64,000 nucleotides of DNA from Candidatus Eiseniibacteriota bacterium (GCA_965224245.1 OZ245046.1:2624001-2688000); one strand, 5' to 3'; positions 44,927 to 55,454 are shown, counted from the first letter of the stretch. The notes: generated from the sequence alone by a model not told the origin. Translations and numbers: made by a program.

Positions 44927-46678
44927 TCAGGGGCGTACGACGATGGCCAGAGACTCGGACACCCCGGGCGCCGAGAGTCGCAGCCAGTACGTTCCCGGCT
45001 CGACCCGCTCGCCGAGCTGGTTCGTCGCGTCCCACGCGAACTGGTGCTCGCCGGCGTGGAGCTTCCGGTCCACGAGCGTGCGGATGCGCCGGCTCGACAC
45101 GTCGAACACTTCCAGGGTCACGCGTCCGTCGGCCGGAAGCTGGTACCGGATGGCCGCGAGATCGGTCGTCGGGTTCGGCGCGGCCACCAGTAGCGACTGC
45201 GGGCCCGCCGAGGGATCGGACACGGCAATGCGATCGTCGTCGTATCCGCCGAAGACGTCCTGATGCCCGTTGCGGAAGTCGGTCCAGACCGGCGTGGCGT
45301 ACCCGTCCCACGCCGCGACCCCGATGTACTCGCCGATCGCACCCGCTCGACGCTGTGACTGGTCGATCTCGCCGTACGACTCGGGAAGCGTGGCCCCCGC
45401 CGCGACCAGCTCGCGAAGCTCGCCCGGCAGCGAGACCCGGTGGCGACCGTCGGACGCGGCCTCGCGCGTCGCCTCCGCCTCGGCGGCGTCGGCCTCCGCG
45501 GCGCGGGCCTCGGGGCTCCCGCACCAGGTCGAGGTCGCGGTGGAGACCTGCTGGTTGGCGGTCCAGGTCACGCCGCCGTCGAAGCTCTGGCTCAGGTAGC
45601 AGTGCCACGCACAGTTGGAGGGATCCTGCCGGCGATCCAGCCACACCGCGGTCAAGACCCCCGTGTTGTCGACGGTCAGCCAGGGGTGGAACTGATCGCG
45701 ACCGTTCGCGAACGCGTCGTCGTTGATGCGGATGGGCGAGGTCCACGACACGCCGCCGTCGTCCGAGTGCCGGACGAAGATGTCACGATCGTTGGATCCC
45801 GACGGCTCGTCCATGTACACGCAGTAGAGACGGTTGTCGAACGGCCCCCCCGAGAGGTCGCAGTCCATCGCGGGGTGGCACGGCGCCGAGATCCCGCCGT
45901 TGATGGTGTGCGAGGGGCTGTCCAGGGTCGTGACCACGCGATCGCCGCCGAACGTGAGCCCGCCATCCGTGGATCTGTCCATGCGAATCGACGGGTTGTA
46001 GAACTGCGTCCAGGCCACGTAGAGCGTTCCGTCCGCGCCCACGACGGGGATCGGATACTGATTGCCGTCCTGATCGCTGACCCGGCGCGGGCTCGTCCAC
46101 GTGCCACCGTCGTTGCCGCTGGCCACGCAGTAGATGTTCGTCTCGGGGAAGCGATCCCACACCACGTAGAGACGCCCGTCGCGGAGCCCGCCCGATCGAT
46201 CGCAGGCGATGAACTCCTTGTCCTCGAACACGCCGGGGACACCGTCGACCGCGAAGCCCCGATCCTCCCAGGTGACCCCGCCGTCGGTGCTCCGGTAGAG
46301 CAGCATGCCGTTGGGCTGGGACGTGTCGCCGGTGTACGCGAGCAGCATCGCGAAGAAGTGCCCGGACGAGTTGATCGTGAGGGCGGGATCGCTGTCGCGC
46401 GGGTAGTGCACGTCCTCGAACAGACCTGGGTTCGTCCACGTCTTGCCACCGTCGAAGGAGTAGCCCCAGCCGACCTGACGGTAGCCGAGGCGGAAGTCGC
46501 GCCACACGGAGACCAGGTTCTGCGGGTTCGTCGGGTTCAGAACGACCTGCTCCTCGTTGTGGAGGTTGGTGCTGGTGTCCTCGTTGACCTTCGTGTCGGT
46601 CCAGTCCTGAGCACCCGCCGACGTCGCCGCGACGGCCAGCGCCGTGCACGGCATGAGGGTTCTGACGATTGCACGCAT
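44927..46678 (-). CDS. secreted BNR/Asp-box (sialidase-like) protein with FlgD-Ig/T9SS-like C-terminal domain
   Basis: Six SxDGGxTW-type boxes; C-terminal AAPNP...FDVSSRRIRTL...WDATNQLGERV.PGTYWLRL. Confidence 0.85.
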   Translation of the reverse strand: MRAIVRTLMPCTALAVAATSAGAQDWTDTKVNEDTSTNLHNEEQVVLNPTNPQNLVSVWRDFRLGYRQVGWGYSFDGGKTWTNPGLFEDVHYPRDSDPALTINSSGHFFAMLLAYTGDTSQPNGMLLYRSTDGGVTWEDRGFAVDGVPGVFEDKEFIACDRSGGLRDGRLYVVWDRFPETNIYCVASGNDGGTWTSPRRVSDQDGNQYPIPVVGADGTLYVAWTQFYNPSIRMDRSTDGGLTFGGDRVVTTLDSPSHTINGGISAPCHPAMDCDLSGGPFDNRLYCVYMDEPSGSNDRDIFVRHSDDGGVSWTSPIRINDDAFANGRDQFHPWLTVDNTGVLTAVWLDRRQDPSNCAWHCYLSQSFDGGVTWTANQQVSTATSTWCGSPEARAAEADAAEAEATREAASDGRHRVSLPGELRELVAAGATLPESYGEIDQSQRRAGAIGEYIGVAAWDGYATPVWTDFRNGHQDVFGGYDDDRIAVSDPSAGPQSLLVAAPNPTTDLAAIRYQLPADGRVTLEVFDVSSRRIRTLVDRKLHAGEHQFAWDATNQLGERVEPGTYWLRLSAPGVSESLAIVVRP

Positions 46679-46895
46679 GATGGACGCCTTCCTCGGCTGG
46701 GATCGTCTTGGGGGACGTACGCGGGGTCGCGCGTTCAATGGACGATGGTACCAAAGCGGCACAGCCTCCGCCAAGGCAGGGTATTGGCGGACACGGGCTT
46801 GCGCGTGCCGCCACGTGGCGCTTTCGAGCCGACGCTGGTACCCTCGGCCCGGTGGATCCCCTCGATGGCCGGTCCCTCACGCGGAGAACACACCG

Positions 46896-47396
46896 ATGCG
46901 GATTCGAGAGGCGCGTCCCGAGGACGTCCCGCTGCTCCTGACGCTCGTACGAGAGCTGGCCGTCTACGAGCGGATGGCCGACGAGGCGGTCGGAACCCCC
47001 GAGCTGCTGCACGAGAGCCTGTTCGGCGAGGGCGCGATGGCCTACGCGCTCATCGCCGAGGACGACGAGGGGGGCGGAGACGACCCCGAGCCGGTGGGCT
47101 TCGCGCTGTACTTCTTCAACTTCTCGACGTTCCTGGCGCGGCGGGGGCTCTATCTGGAGGATCTCTTCGTCCGTCCGGCCTACCGGGGACGCGGCGTCGG
47201 CCGCGCGCTCCTGGCCGCGCTGGCGGCGATCGCCGAGCGTCGCCGCTGCGCGCGCATGGAGTGGGTGGTTCTGGACTGGAATGCCCCCGCGATCGGGTTC
47301 TACGAGCGACTCGGCGCCCGGCCGCTGTCGGACTGGACGGTCTTCCGGCTCTCCGGCGCGCCCCTGGCCGCGCTGGCGGCCGAGAACGCGCCGTGA
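46896..47396 (+). CDS. GNAT N-acetyltransferase (diamine/SSAT-like)
   Basis: ELAVYE, GFALYFFNFSTF, GLYLEDLFVRP.YRGRGVG, VLDWN..AIGFY. Confidence 0.92.
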   Translation: MRIREARPEDVPLLLTLVRELAVYERMADEAVGTPELLHESLFGEGAMAYALIAEDDEGGGDDPEPVGFALYFFNFSTFLARRGLYLEDLFVRPAYRGRGVGRALLAALAAIAERRRCARMEWVVLDWNAPAIGFYERLGARPLSDWTVFRLSGAPLAALAAENAP

Positions 47397-48235
47397 CCGC
47401 CACCACGCACGACGATCTCGAGTCGTTCTGCGGGGCACTCCACAGTCGCTTCGTCGACGAGGAGGTGGATCACAACGTCCTCGTCAGTGCGGTCGAGCGA
47501 TGGCGACGCACGTCGGTTCCCGACGCGGTCGGCCTCGTGAGCGCCGGCACCGGCCGCACGGCCGGCGGCGCGATCGTGTTCCCCGGACGCATCGTGCTCA
47601 CGCACATGCCGCGTTCCCACGCGAGCGCTCTGGCCGAGCACGTTCACCGCGAGCGCCCCGGCGTCCCGCGCGCACATGGCCCGGTTCCCGCGATCGACGC
47701 GTTTGCGGCGCGCCGCGCGGCGCTGAGCGGCGGCGTCACTCAGGTCGCGATGCGACAGCGATCGTACGTGCTGGAGGCGGTGATCGTGCCCATCGGCGTG
47801 TCCGGGTCACTGCGTCCGGCGGCGCTCGGGGACGCGATGACCCTGGCCGCGTGGACCGAGGCGTTTCACGACGAGGCCGACCTCCGATCGCCCGCCATCG
47901 ACGGCGCGGACGTCGTCGCCGGGCTGATGGCCGACGATCGTCTCTTCGTGTGGGACGACGGCGGGCCGCGCACGATGGCCGCGATCATGGGGCTCACCGC
48001 GAACACCGTGCGGATCAGCCTGGTCTACACCCCGCCGGACATGCGCCGGAGAGGATACGCGAGCGCGTGCGTGGCCGCGCTCAGCGATCGGTGTCTTCGG
48101 GCGGGTCGCCGCTGGTGCACGCTGTTCACCGACGCGGACAACCCGACCAGCAATCGCGTCTACCAGCGAATGGGATACGTCCCCCGGTCGGACTGGGCGC
48201 TGGTCGTGTTCGACGACGATTCGCCTCCCCGCTGA
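47393..48235 (+). CDS. GNAT N-acetyltransferase (FR47-like)
   Basis: VYTPPDMRRRGYASA, LFTDADNPTSNRVYQRMGY. GTGA overlap. Confidence 0.88.
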   Translation: MTATTHDDLESFCGALHSRFVDEEVDHNVLVSAVERWRRTSVPDAVGLVSAGTGRTAGGAIVFPGRIVLTHMPRSHASALAEHVHRERPGVPRAHGPVPAIDAFAARRAALSGGVTQVAMRQRSYVLEAVIVPIGVSGSLRPAALGDAMTLAAWTEAFHDEADLRSPAIDGADVVAGLMADDRLFVWDDGGPRTMAAIMGLTANTVRISLVYTPPDMRRRGYASACVAALSDRCLRAGRRWCTLFTDADNPTSNRVYQRMGYVPRSDWALVVFDDDSPPR

Positions 48236-48244
48236 CGCCGCGCG

Positions 48245-49723
48245 TCACGACCGCGCCAGCTCGATCATCGTCCTGACCCCGAAGCCGGTGGCCCCCTTGC
48301 GCTGAAGGTCGGACGGCGTGCTCGCGTTGCCGACCCCGGCGATGTCGAGGTGGGCCCACGGATAGTCGGTGAACTTCTCCAGGAACGCCGCCGCGAGACA
48401 CGCGCCCCCGGCGCGACCTCCGGAGTTTCGGAGATCGGCGACCTCGCCGCGCATCACCTCGGCGTACGCGTCGTCCACCGGCATCGGCCAGAAGCGCTCA
48501 CCGACGGCCCCGCCGGCCGCCCGGACGCGCTCGGCCATCTCGGGATCGCGCGAGAAGCAGCCGGCGTACGCGTTGCCGAGTGCGACCACGATGGCGCCGG
48601 TCAGCGTCGCGGCATCCACGACGAACTCGGGATCGTACCGGCGGGCGTAGTGGAGCGCATCGGCCAGGATCAGCCGACCCTCGGCGTCGGTGTTCAGGAT
48701 CTCGACCGTGAGCCCGGAGGCGGTGGTGACGATGTCGCCGGGACGCGCGGCCGAGCCGTCCGGCATGTTCTCGGCGATGGGTACGAGACCCACGACCGGA
48801 CGGCGGAGACCGAGCCGGGCGATCGCGGTGAGCGCGCCGACGACGGCGCTGCCCCCGCCGAGGTCGTACTTCATGGCCTCCATGCCCTCGCGGGACTTCA
48901 GCGAGATGCCGCCCGTGTCGAACGTGATCGCCTTGCCCACGAACACGATCGGACGCCGCCGGGCGCCCCGCGGCCGATGCTCGAGCACGGCCATGCGGGC
49001 CGGCCGGGCGCTCCCGCGCGCGACGGCCAGGAGCGCGTTCATGTTCTCGCGGCGCAGCGTGGGCTCCTCGAGCACTCGGCACGTCAGCTTCGCCGCTCGC
49101 GCCTCGGCCCGGATGCGCGAGGCCAGCTCGACCGGGCCGAGGTCATTGGGCGGCAGGTCGCCGATCTCGCGGGACAGGTTGACGCCGGCGGCGACGACAC
49201 GCCCGCGCTCGATCGCGCGCTTGAGCGCCGCCGGTGCGCTCGACACCCACAGCGACACCCCGGAGGCGCGCTTCGGTGGCTCGGGCGACGTGCGATACTG
49301 ATCGAACCGATAGCCGCCGAGCCCCACTCCCTCGGCGATCGTGTACACGACGACGTCGGGGTCGACCGCGGGCACGTCTGGCACGTGAACGGCCACCGGC
49401 GACTGCGGCTCGTCGGCCGCGCGGGTTCCGGCCACGCCACCCAGGCGCCGCAACGCATCCGCGTCGGCGCCATCTCGGCGCCCCATCCCCACGAGGACGA
49501 GGGTTCCCGGCAGATCGGGGTCGCCGGTGTGCACGACGGCGCGGCGGCCCTGGGATCCGTCGTGACCGCTCGCGGCGAGCGCCCGCGCGACCGGGGCGCT
49601 GGCGGTCAGCTCGTCGGCGATCGAGGGGCCCTCGCCGTCCTGCCAGACGGGAAGAACGAGGCACGCCGTCCGGCGGGATCGGCGCGACGGCGGCGTCAGC
49701 GAGACGGTCAGAGAACGTGACAT
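48245..49723 (-). CDS. pepA: leucyl aminopeptidase (M17)
   Basis: VGKAITFDTGGISLK, MKYDLGG, NTDAEGRLILAD, ATLTGA, WAHLDIAG. Confidence 0.95.
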   Translation of the reverse strand: MSRSLTVSLTPPSRRSRRTACLVLPVWQDGEGPSIADELTASAPVARALAASGHDGSQGRRAVVHTGDPDLPGTLVLVGMGRRDGADADALRRLGGVAGTRAADEPQSPVAVHVPDVPAVDPDVVVYTIAEGVGLGGYRFDQYRTSPEPPKRASGVSLWVSSAPAALKRAIERGRVVAAGVNLSREIGDLPPNDLGPVELASRIRAEARAAKLTCRVLEEPTLRRENMNALLAVARGSARPARMAVLEHRPRGARRRPIVFVGKAITFDTGGISLKSREGMEAMKYDLGGGSAVVGALTAIARLGLRRPVVGLVPIAENMPDGSAARPGDIVTTASGLTVEILNTDAEGRLILADALHYARRYDPEFVVDAATLTGAIVVALGNAYAGCFSRDPEMAERVRAAGGAVGERFWPMPVDDAYAEVMRGEVADLRNSGGRAGGACLAAAFLEKFTDYPWAHLDIAGVGNASTPSDLQRKGATGFGVRTMIELARS

Positions 49724-49909
49724 GGTGACTTCCCATCGCAATGGCGCCGTGGCGCGCGCCGGGTTTCGTTTGTCGCGCGCGAACCGTAGCACTCGGCAGC
49801 CCCAGCTGCATCCTCCCGAGCCCCCGCGACCGGATCGGGCGGGTGCTTGCCCACTGCATCCACGGCCGGGATAATGCGGCGCCGGTCGTCAGCGCCGGCT
49901 CGGCACGAC

Positions 49910-52729
49910 GTGACCCCGAGGGAGACGATCTCTTTGAGCCTGTGGCTGATCGCAATCGCGGCGGCGCTCTCCGGCTTCGCCGCGCTCGGCTTCGAGCTGA
50001 TCTGGCTTCGCCGGCTCTCCGAGCTTCTCGGCAGCTCCGTGTACGCGATCAACGTCGTGCTGGCCGTGTTCTTTCTCGGGCTCGGCCTCGGGGCTCGGAT
50101 CGTCGGCCCGATCTCGGACGGGCGCGCTCGCGGTCGCGTCAGCCTCTTCGCGATCCTCGAGGGGATCATCGCGCTGGCCGGTTTGACCTTCCTCCCGCTC
50201 TCCATCGGCCTGGAGCGGGCGTACGACGCGCTGACACCCGCCGAGTGGCCGTTCGCGGCAGGGCTCGCGGTCAAGGCGATCGTGGCGGCGCTCGCACTGT
50301 GCGTACCGACCCTGGCCATGGGCGGCACGTTGCCGGCCCTCGTGCGACTGACCGATCGACGCCCCCTGACGGTGCGATCGCGTCTCGGGCTTCTGTACGG
50401 CCTGAACACCGCGGGCGGCGCGCTCGGTGTGCTGGTCACGCTCTTCGCGACGCTGCCGGTCGGTGGGACCGACCTGGCGATCGCGACGGCGGTGACCGCC
50501 AACCTGGGCGCGATCGCGCTGGCCTGGCTGGGCACGCGGGTCGGGTCGGCCGCCGAGCCACGTCCGGCCGCGGAGCGCACGCTCGCACACGAGCCGTCGA
50601 TCCCCTCCACGACGGCCGGGGCGGAGCGCCTCTCGCCGCGATCGGCCGGCGGCGGCGACCCGATGCTGATCGCGGCCGCGTTCGTGTCGGGACTCGTCAG
50701 CGTCTCGCTGGAGGTCGCCTGGACGCGCGCGCTCTCGGCTCGGTTCCTGGGAACGGTGTACAGCTTCGGGGCCATCCTCTTCGTCTATCTCGCGCTGATC
50801 GGCGTCGGCTCGGTGGTGCTCGGCGGGATCGGCCGCTCGGTGCGGCTCGGCCGGCGTGCCTACGTCATGCTGACGCTGGCGGCGGGCGTGGCCGCCCTGG
50901 CCTCGGTTCCGCTCCTGGGCATGGTGCCCACCGATCTCTCGTACGGTGCGCTGCCCACGCTCGCCGGCCGGCTTCGACACGAGCTGATGATGGCCATCCT
51001 GGTGATGTCTCCCTCTCTCCTTCTGTTCGGGCTGGGCTTCCCCCTCCTCGTGGATCTCTTTCAGCGCGGTACGTCGGTGCTCGGACGCGACCTCGGCCGG
51101 ATCTATCTCGCGAACACGCTGGGAGCGGTCACCGCGCCGCTCGTGGTCGGGCTGGCGGTGCTCCCGGCGATCGGGCTGCGTCACACGTTTCTCGCGGTGT
51201 CGATCGGGGCGATCGTGTTCGCGGCGGGCCCCCTCGCCCGCTGGGCGGCACTGTCGCGGCCGACCCGGGCGCTGACCGGCGTCGCCGCGCTGGCCGCGAT
51301 CACGATTCTCTGGATGGCGGCGCCGGCCGACCTCAGGCTCTGGCAGCACGGTCCACAGGATCGCCTGATCGCCTACCGGGACGGACGGAGCGCCACGATC
51401 TCGGTCGCGATGGAGCCCGACAGCACCGTCTTCCTGAAGGTCGACAACAACTACCGCCTGGGCGACACCCGCACGCGGTTCGCGCAGCAGCGACAAGGTC
51501 TGCTGCCGCTGCTGCTTCACCCGGATCCCGGACGCGCGCTCTTCATCGGCGTGGGAACCGGCGCGTCGGCGGGAGCCGCCGCGGAGTTCGGGGACGTGGC
51601 CGTGGACGCGCTCGACCTTCTGCCCGAGCTCATGGACTTCCTCCCGTATTTCGCGTCGATCAACTTCGATCTGGCTGAGAAGGCACGTGCCGACGACGAC
51701 GTTCGCGTGCTCGCGGTGGACGCGCGTCACTACGTGAGAACGACGTCGCGACGCTACGACGTGGTCGTCGGCGATCTCTTCGTCCCGTGGCGCGCCGGCG
51801 AGGGACAGATGTACGCCCGCGAGCACATCGAGGCGGTGCGGGACGTGCTCGCGTTCGGTGGGATCTTCTGCCAGTGGCTGCCCGGCTATCAGCTTCGCAT
51901 CGACGAGACCCGGACGATCGTGGCGACGTTTCTGGATGTGTTCCCGAGCACGCTCGTGTTCTGGCTGTACTTCAATGCCGCCGAGCCCGCGATCGGACTG
52001 GTCGGATCGATGGACCCGCTGGCCTTCGATCCCGTCGCGCTGGCCGAGCGCATGAACGCGGGGACGCGTCACGTGCTCCTGCACGGCGTCGGGCTGGGAG
52101 GGGTCCGCGAGGTGTTCGGCGGGTTCGTCGCCGGCCGCGATTCCCTCGCGGCCTGGAGCGGCGATCGACCGCTCGATACCCGGCGACATCCGATCATCGA
52201 GTTCTCCGCGCCCATCGGACGCTTCGGAGACGAGACCGAACGGAGCCGCGCGCACGTCGTCGAGATGTTGAAGCTGACCACGCCCCTCGGCCGCGAGCCG
52301 TCGTTCGCGGCGGTCACCCCGAGCACGCGCACGGCGCTCGAGCAGTACCAGCGCGGCGTCGCACACTACATGCGTGGCCGGCATGCGACGCTGTACACCA
52401 GAAACCTGCCGGTCGCGATCGCGTCCCACGCCAGGGCGTTCCTCGACATTCCCGACAGCCGCCTCATGTCCGGGTTTCTGGAGGGGGTCGTGCGCGAGGC
52501 ACTCGAGTCCGGTGCGTTCCAGGCGGCGGAGCCGGGAATCGACGCGCTCGAGAACGTGGCTGCCACGGCCTACCTGGGGCACTACCTCGCCGCCGAGAGC
52601 GCCGTCCGCCAGCGCGACGTGGAGACGGCGATCGCCGAGCTGGATCTCGCGATCCGGATCAACCCCGATCACCGGCCGAGCCTCCACCTGCGCGAGCTCC
52701 TGACCACTGGTGGCGCGGAGGGCCCATGA
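49910..52729 (+). CDS. fused membrane / spermidine-synthase-like methyltransferase with TPR tail
   Basis: Two TM repeats (LSGFAALGFELIW; LYGLNTAGG; YLANTLG) then IGVGTGAS, DARHY, FCQWLP. Start 49910 follows TTGCCC-N17-GATAAT; ATG 49874 is an alternative. Confidence 0.85.
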   Translation: MTPRETISLSLWLIAIAAALSGFAALGFELIWLRRLSELLGSSVYAINVVLAVFFLGLGLGARIVGPISDGRARGRVSLFAILEGIIALAGLTFLPLSIGLERAYDALTPAEWPFAAGLAVKAIVAALALCVPTLAMGGTLPALVRLTDRRPLTVRSRLGLLYGLNTAGGALGVLVTLFATLPVGGTDLAIATAVTANLGAIALAWLGTRVGSAAEPRPAAERTLAHEPSIPSTTAGAERLSPRSAGGGDPMLIAAAFVSGLVSVSLEVAWTRALSARFLGTVYSFGAILFVYLALIGVGSVVLGGIGRSVRLGRRAYVMLTLAAGVAALASVPLLGMVPTDLSYGALPTLAGRLRHELMMAILVMSPSLLLFGLGFPLLVDLFQRGTSVLGRDLGRIYLANTLGAVTAPLVVGLAVLPAIGLRHTFLAVSIGAIVFAAGPLARWAALSRPTRALTGVAALAAITILWMAAPADLRLWQHGPQDRLIAYRDGRSATISVAMEPDSTVFLKVDNNYRLGDTRTRFAQQRQGLLPLLLHPDPGRALFIGVGTGASAGAAAEFGDVAVDALDLLPELMDFLPYFASINFDLAEKARADDDVRVLAVDARHYVRTTSRRYDVVVGDLFVPWRAGEGQMYAREHIEAVRDVLAFGGIFCQWLPGYQLRIDETRTIVATFLDVFPSTLVFWLYFNAAEPAIGLVGSMDPLAFDPVALAERMNAGTRHVLLHGVGLGGVREVFGGFVAGRDSLAAWSGDRPLDTRRHPIIEFSAPIGRFGDETERSRAHVVEMLKLTTPLGREPSFAAVTPSTRTALEQYQRGVAHYMRGRHATLYTRNLPVAIASHARAFLDIPDSRLMSGFLEGVVREALESGAFQAAEPGIDALENVAATAYLGHYLAAESAVRQRDVETAIAELDLAIRINPDHRPSLHLRELLTTGGAEGP

Positions 52730-54072
52730 GCGATCGAGGCATCCCGGCCGGGCCGGGCACGCCGCCCCGGCCGCGCATGCGGGCCGTGGTCGGCTGGGTG
52801 ACGTACGACCTGGCCAACACGATCTTCTCGCTCAACATCGTCTCGCTCTACTTCTCGCTGTGGGTCGTGAACGTGATGCACGGCCGGGACTCGGACTACG
52901 CGCTGGCCAACGGCGCGTCGATGGCCGTCATCTTCGTCCTTTCGCCGTTCGTCGGCGCGTTCTCCGACCAGCTCTCGCGCCGGAAGCCGCTCCTCCTCTG
53001 CGCGACGCTTACCTGCGTCGCGGCCACGCTCGTGCTGGGCCGGGTCGGCCTCGGGCTCTCACTGGTCGTGTACGCGATCGCCAACATCGCCTATCAGGTC
53101 GGACTGCAGATCTACGACGCGCTGCTGCCCGCCGTGTCCACGCCCGAGAACCGCGGCCGGATCGGCGGCATCGGCATCGGGCTCGGCTACGTCGGTGCGA
53201 TCGTGGGCCTCGTCGTGGGGCGCGCGCTCCTCGGCGACGTGGACGCGCTGGCTCCGGACGCCGCGACCGGGCGATACGTGCTCGTGTTCGGGGCGAGTGC
53301 GCTTCTGTTCCTCGCGTTCTCGACGCCGCTCTTCGCGTGGGTCGAGGAGCATCCTCGACGGGGCGCGCGCCGGAGCGCGCCCACCGGGGCCGGAGCCACC
53401 CCGAGCACGCCGCCCGGTGCACCACGGGCGCGACACGCGCTGCGCGACGCGATCGAGGCCGCGCTGGAGACGCTGCGTCACGCGCGAGGACATCCGGGGC
53501 TCGTTCGCTTCCTCGTGGGGCGTGCCTTCTACACCGACGCGGTGAACACCGTCATCGCGTTCATGGGCATCTACGTGACGACGGCGGTCGGCTTCACGTC
53601 GGCCGAGTCCCAGATCGTGCTCCTGGTCGCGATCGTGTGCGCCGCCCTCGGCGGGTTCCTGTGGGGGCGGATCGTGGATCTCGCGGGGCCGCATCGCACG
53701 CTCCGGCTCGTGCTCGTGCTGTGGATCGGCGTGTTCGCGTGGGCGGCGTCGGTGGGCCTGTTCGCGCTCCCGCCGGCCTGGTTCTGGCCGGTTCCCGCGC
53801 TGGCCGGGATCGCGCTCGGCGGTACGTGGGTGGCCGATCGACCGCTGATGCTCGGTCTCGCGCCGGCCGATCGCATCGGAGAGTTCTTCGGGCTCTACGG
53901 AATGGTCGGGCGCTTCTCGGCGATCACCGGTCCGCTCTTGTGGGCGTTCGTGGCCGAGACGCTGGGGCTTGGCCGTCCGGCGGCCGTTCTGACCCTGCTC
54001 GGCTTCGTGATCGTCGCCACCGCCATTCTGTGGACACCGTTCACTACCCTTCCGGCCCGGGATGGGTCATGA
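52726..54072 (+). CDS. MFS transporter (UMF1/ATG22-like)
   Basis: WVTYDLANT, YDALLP.VS, GIGLGYVG, GEFFGLYGMVGRFSAITGP. ATGA overlap. Confidence 0.88.
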   Translation: MSDRGIPAGPGTPPRPRMRAVVGWVTYDLANTIFSLNIVSLYFSLWVVNVMHGRDSDYALANGASMAVIFVLSPFVGAFSDQLSRRKPLLLCATLTCVAATLVLGRVGLGLSLVVYAIANIAYQVGLQIYDALLPAVSTPENRGRIGGIGIGLGYVGAIVGLVVGRALLGDVDALAPDAATGRYVLVFGASALLFLAFSTPLFAWVEEHPRRGARRSAPTGAGATPSTPPGAPRARHALRDAIEAALETLRHARGHPGLVRFLVGRAFYTDAVNTVIAFMGIYVTTAVGFTSAESQIVLLVAIVCAALGGFLWGRIVDLAGPHRTLRLVLVLWIGVFAWAASVGLFALPPAWFWPVPALAGIALGGTWVADRPLMLGLAPADRIGEFFGLYGMVGRFSAITGPLLWAFVAETLGLGRPAAVLTLLGFVIVATAILWTPFTTLPARDGS

Positions 54073-54145
54073 TCGCCGGTTCCTCGAGCAACGGTCGCCA
54101 GCCGGCTCGTCGCTCGATCGCTTCGCCACTCGAGGAGATGACGCC

Positions 54146-55198
54146 ATGATGCCGATCTCACCCTTCCGACGGCTCGCCACGTCCCTGGGGACGCTCACCG
54201 TCGCCGCGGCGATCGCCGCGCTCCTCGGGAGCTGTGGCGGCAAGCAGGTCGGCGACGACACGATGGACACCGTCCCGCCGGACGTCTCCGACGAGATGCT
54301 CGACGAGATCGCGGCCGTCGAGCCCCCGTCGCCCACGCGCCGTCCGTACCTGTGGCTGGTCGAGAGCGACCCGCCGGCGTTCCTGTTCGGGACGATCCAC
54401 GTGCCCGACGAGCGGGTGCTCGCCCTTCCCGACGTGGTCATCGCGGCGCTCGAGGCCGCCGACGTGATCTACACCGAGATCCCGATGGATCAGGCCACGC
54501 AGACGGCGGCGGCAACGCGGATGATGCGCAGTGACGGATCGACGCTGAAAGAGGAGCTGGCACCCGAGCTCTACGCGCGCTGCGGGGCCTACGTATCGGC
54601 GCGCGGCCTCTCGCTGGAGATGTTCGGCACGTTCAAGACGTACGCGATCGCGACGCAGCTGGTGATGCTCGATTACCTGCCCAAGCTGATGGCGGGCGCC
54701 CAGCCGCTCGACGCGATGCTGGCATCCGAGGCCACCGAGCGCGGTCAGGACACCGACGCGATCGAGACCGTGGACGAGCAGATCGCCGTGTTCGAGGCGC
54801 TGACGGTGCCCGAGCAGGCGCTCCTGCTCGAACAGACGCTCGACTATCTGGAGGCCGAGGGCGAGATCTCCGCCCTGGAGAAGCTCGTGCGCCTCTACCT
54901 GCACGGCGACGTAGACGTGCTCGGGACGTACATGAACGAGTACATGATGGAGCACGGCGAGCTCGCCACGAAGCTCGAGAAGCTCCTCCTCACCGACCGC
55001 AACCACCTCATGGCCGAACGGATCGACGCGCTCCTCGACGAGGACGGGGACACCGTACGGTTCTTCGCGATCGGTGCCGGCCACTATGCGGGTGAGACCG
55101 GTCTGACCCGGCTGCTGGCCGGGAAGGGGTACAAGATCCGCCGCCTGACCGTCGACGACGCGGCCGAGATCCCCGAGCGGCTGAAGGACGCCTCGTAG
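54146..55198 (+). CDS. TraB/GumN family lipoprotein (TIKI/TraB-like metallohydrolase)
   Basis: GAGGAG RBS; lipobox LGS-C; LFGTIH, ETVDEQ, RNHLMA, IGAGH. Confidence 0.88.
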   Translation: MMPISPFRRLATSLGTLTVAAAIAALLGSCGGKQVGDDTMDTVPPDVSDEMLDEIAAVEPPSPTRRPYLWLVESDPPAFLFGTIHVPDERVLALPDVVIAALEAADVIYTEIPMDQATQTAAATRMMRSDGSTLKEELAPELYARCGAYVSARGLSLEMFGTFKTYAIATQLVMLDYLPKLMAGAQPLDAMLASEATERGQDTDAIETVDEQIAVFEALTVPEQALLLEQTLDYLEAEGEISALEKLVRLYLHGDVDVLGTYMNEYMMEHGELATKLEKLLLTDRNHLMAERIDALLDEDGDTVRFFAIGAGHYAGETGLTRLLAGKGYKIRRLTVDDAAEIPERLKDAS

Positions 55199-55298
55199 CG
55201 CGCGTGGCACCATAACGGCGCTTCGGACATGCCGTTCGGTACGTGAGCGTCGCGCGCCTCGGCGCGCGACGTCGGCCGCCGCGCGCACGCCGCACCGG

Positions 55299-55313
55299 TG
55301 GCCCCGATTTTGC
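55299..55313 (+). promoter_or_regulatory. possible sigma54 -24/-12 site
   Basis: TGGCCCCGATTTTGC (GG-N10-GC), about 140 bp upstream of the 55455 start. Confidence 0.4.
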
Positions 55314-55454
55314 CGCCCGATCCGGTCTCTGGATCGCGTATGATCGTCGCGTGACGTTCCCCGAATCACACTCGCTGACATGACGCCCGCCGGCGGCCGG
55401 TCCGGCGCACTCTCCGATGTCGATGGCGTGTTCGGCACGCGAAGGAGGTTCCGA

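Noticed and set aside
45440-48235. 931-aa ORF as a single fused protein
   Set aside because: Only the last ~280 aa (from GTG 47393) is a GNAT; the rest overlaps other genuine genes.
54146-55198. TraB as evidence of a conjugative element
   Set aside because: TraB/GumN family proteins are usually chromosomal hydrolases, and no other transfer genes are present.
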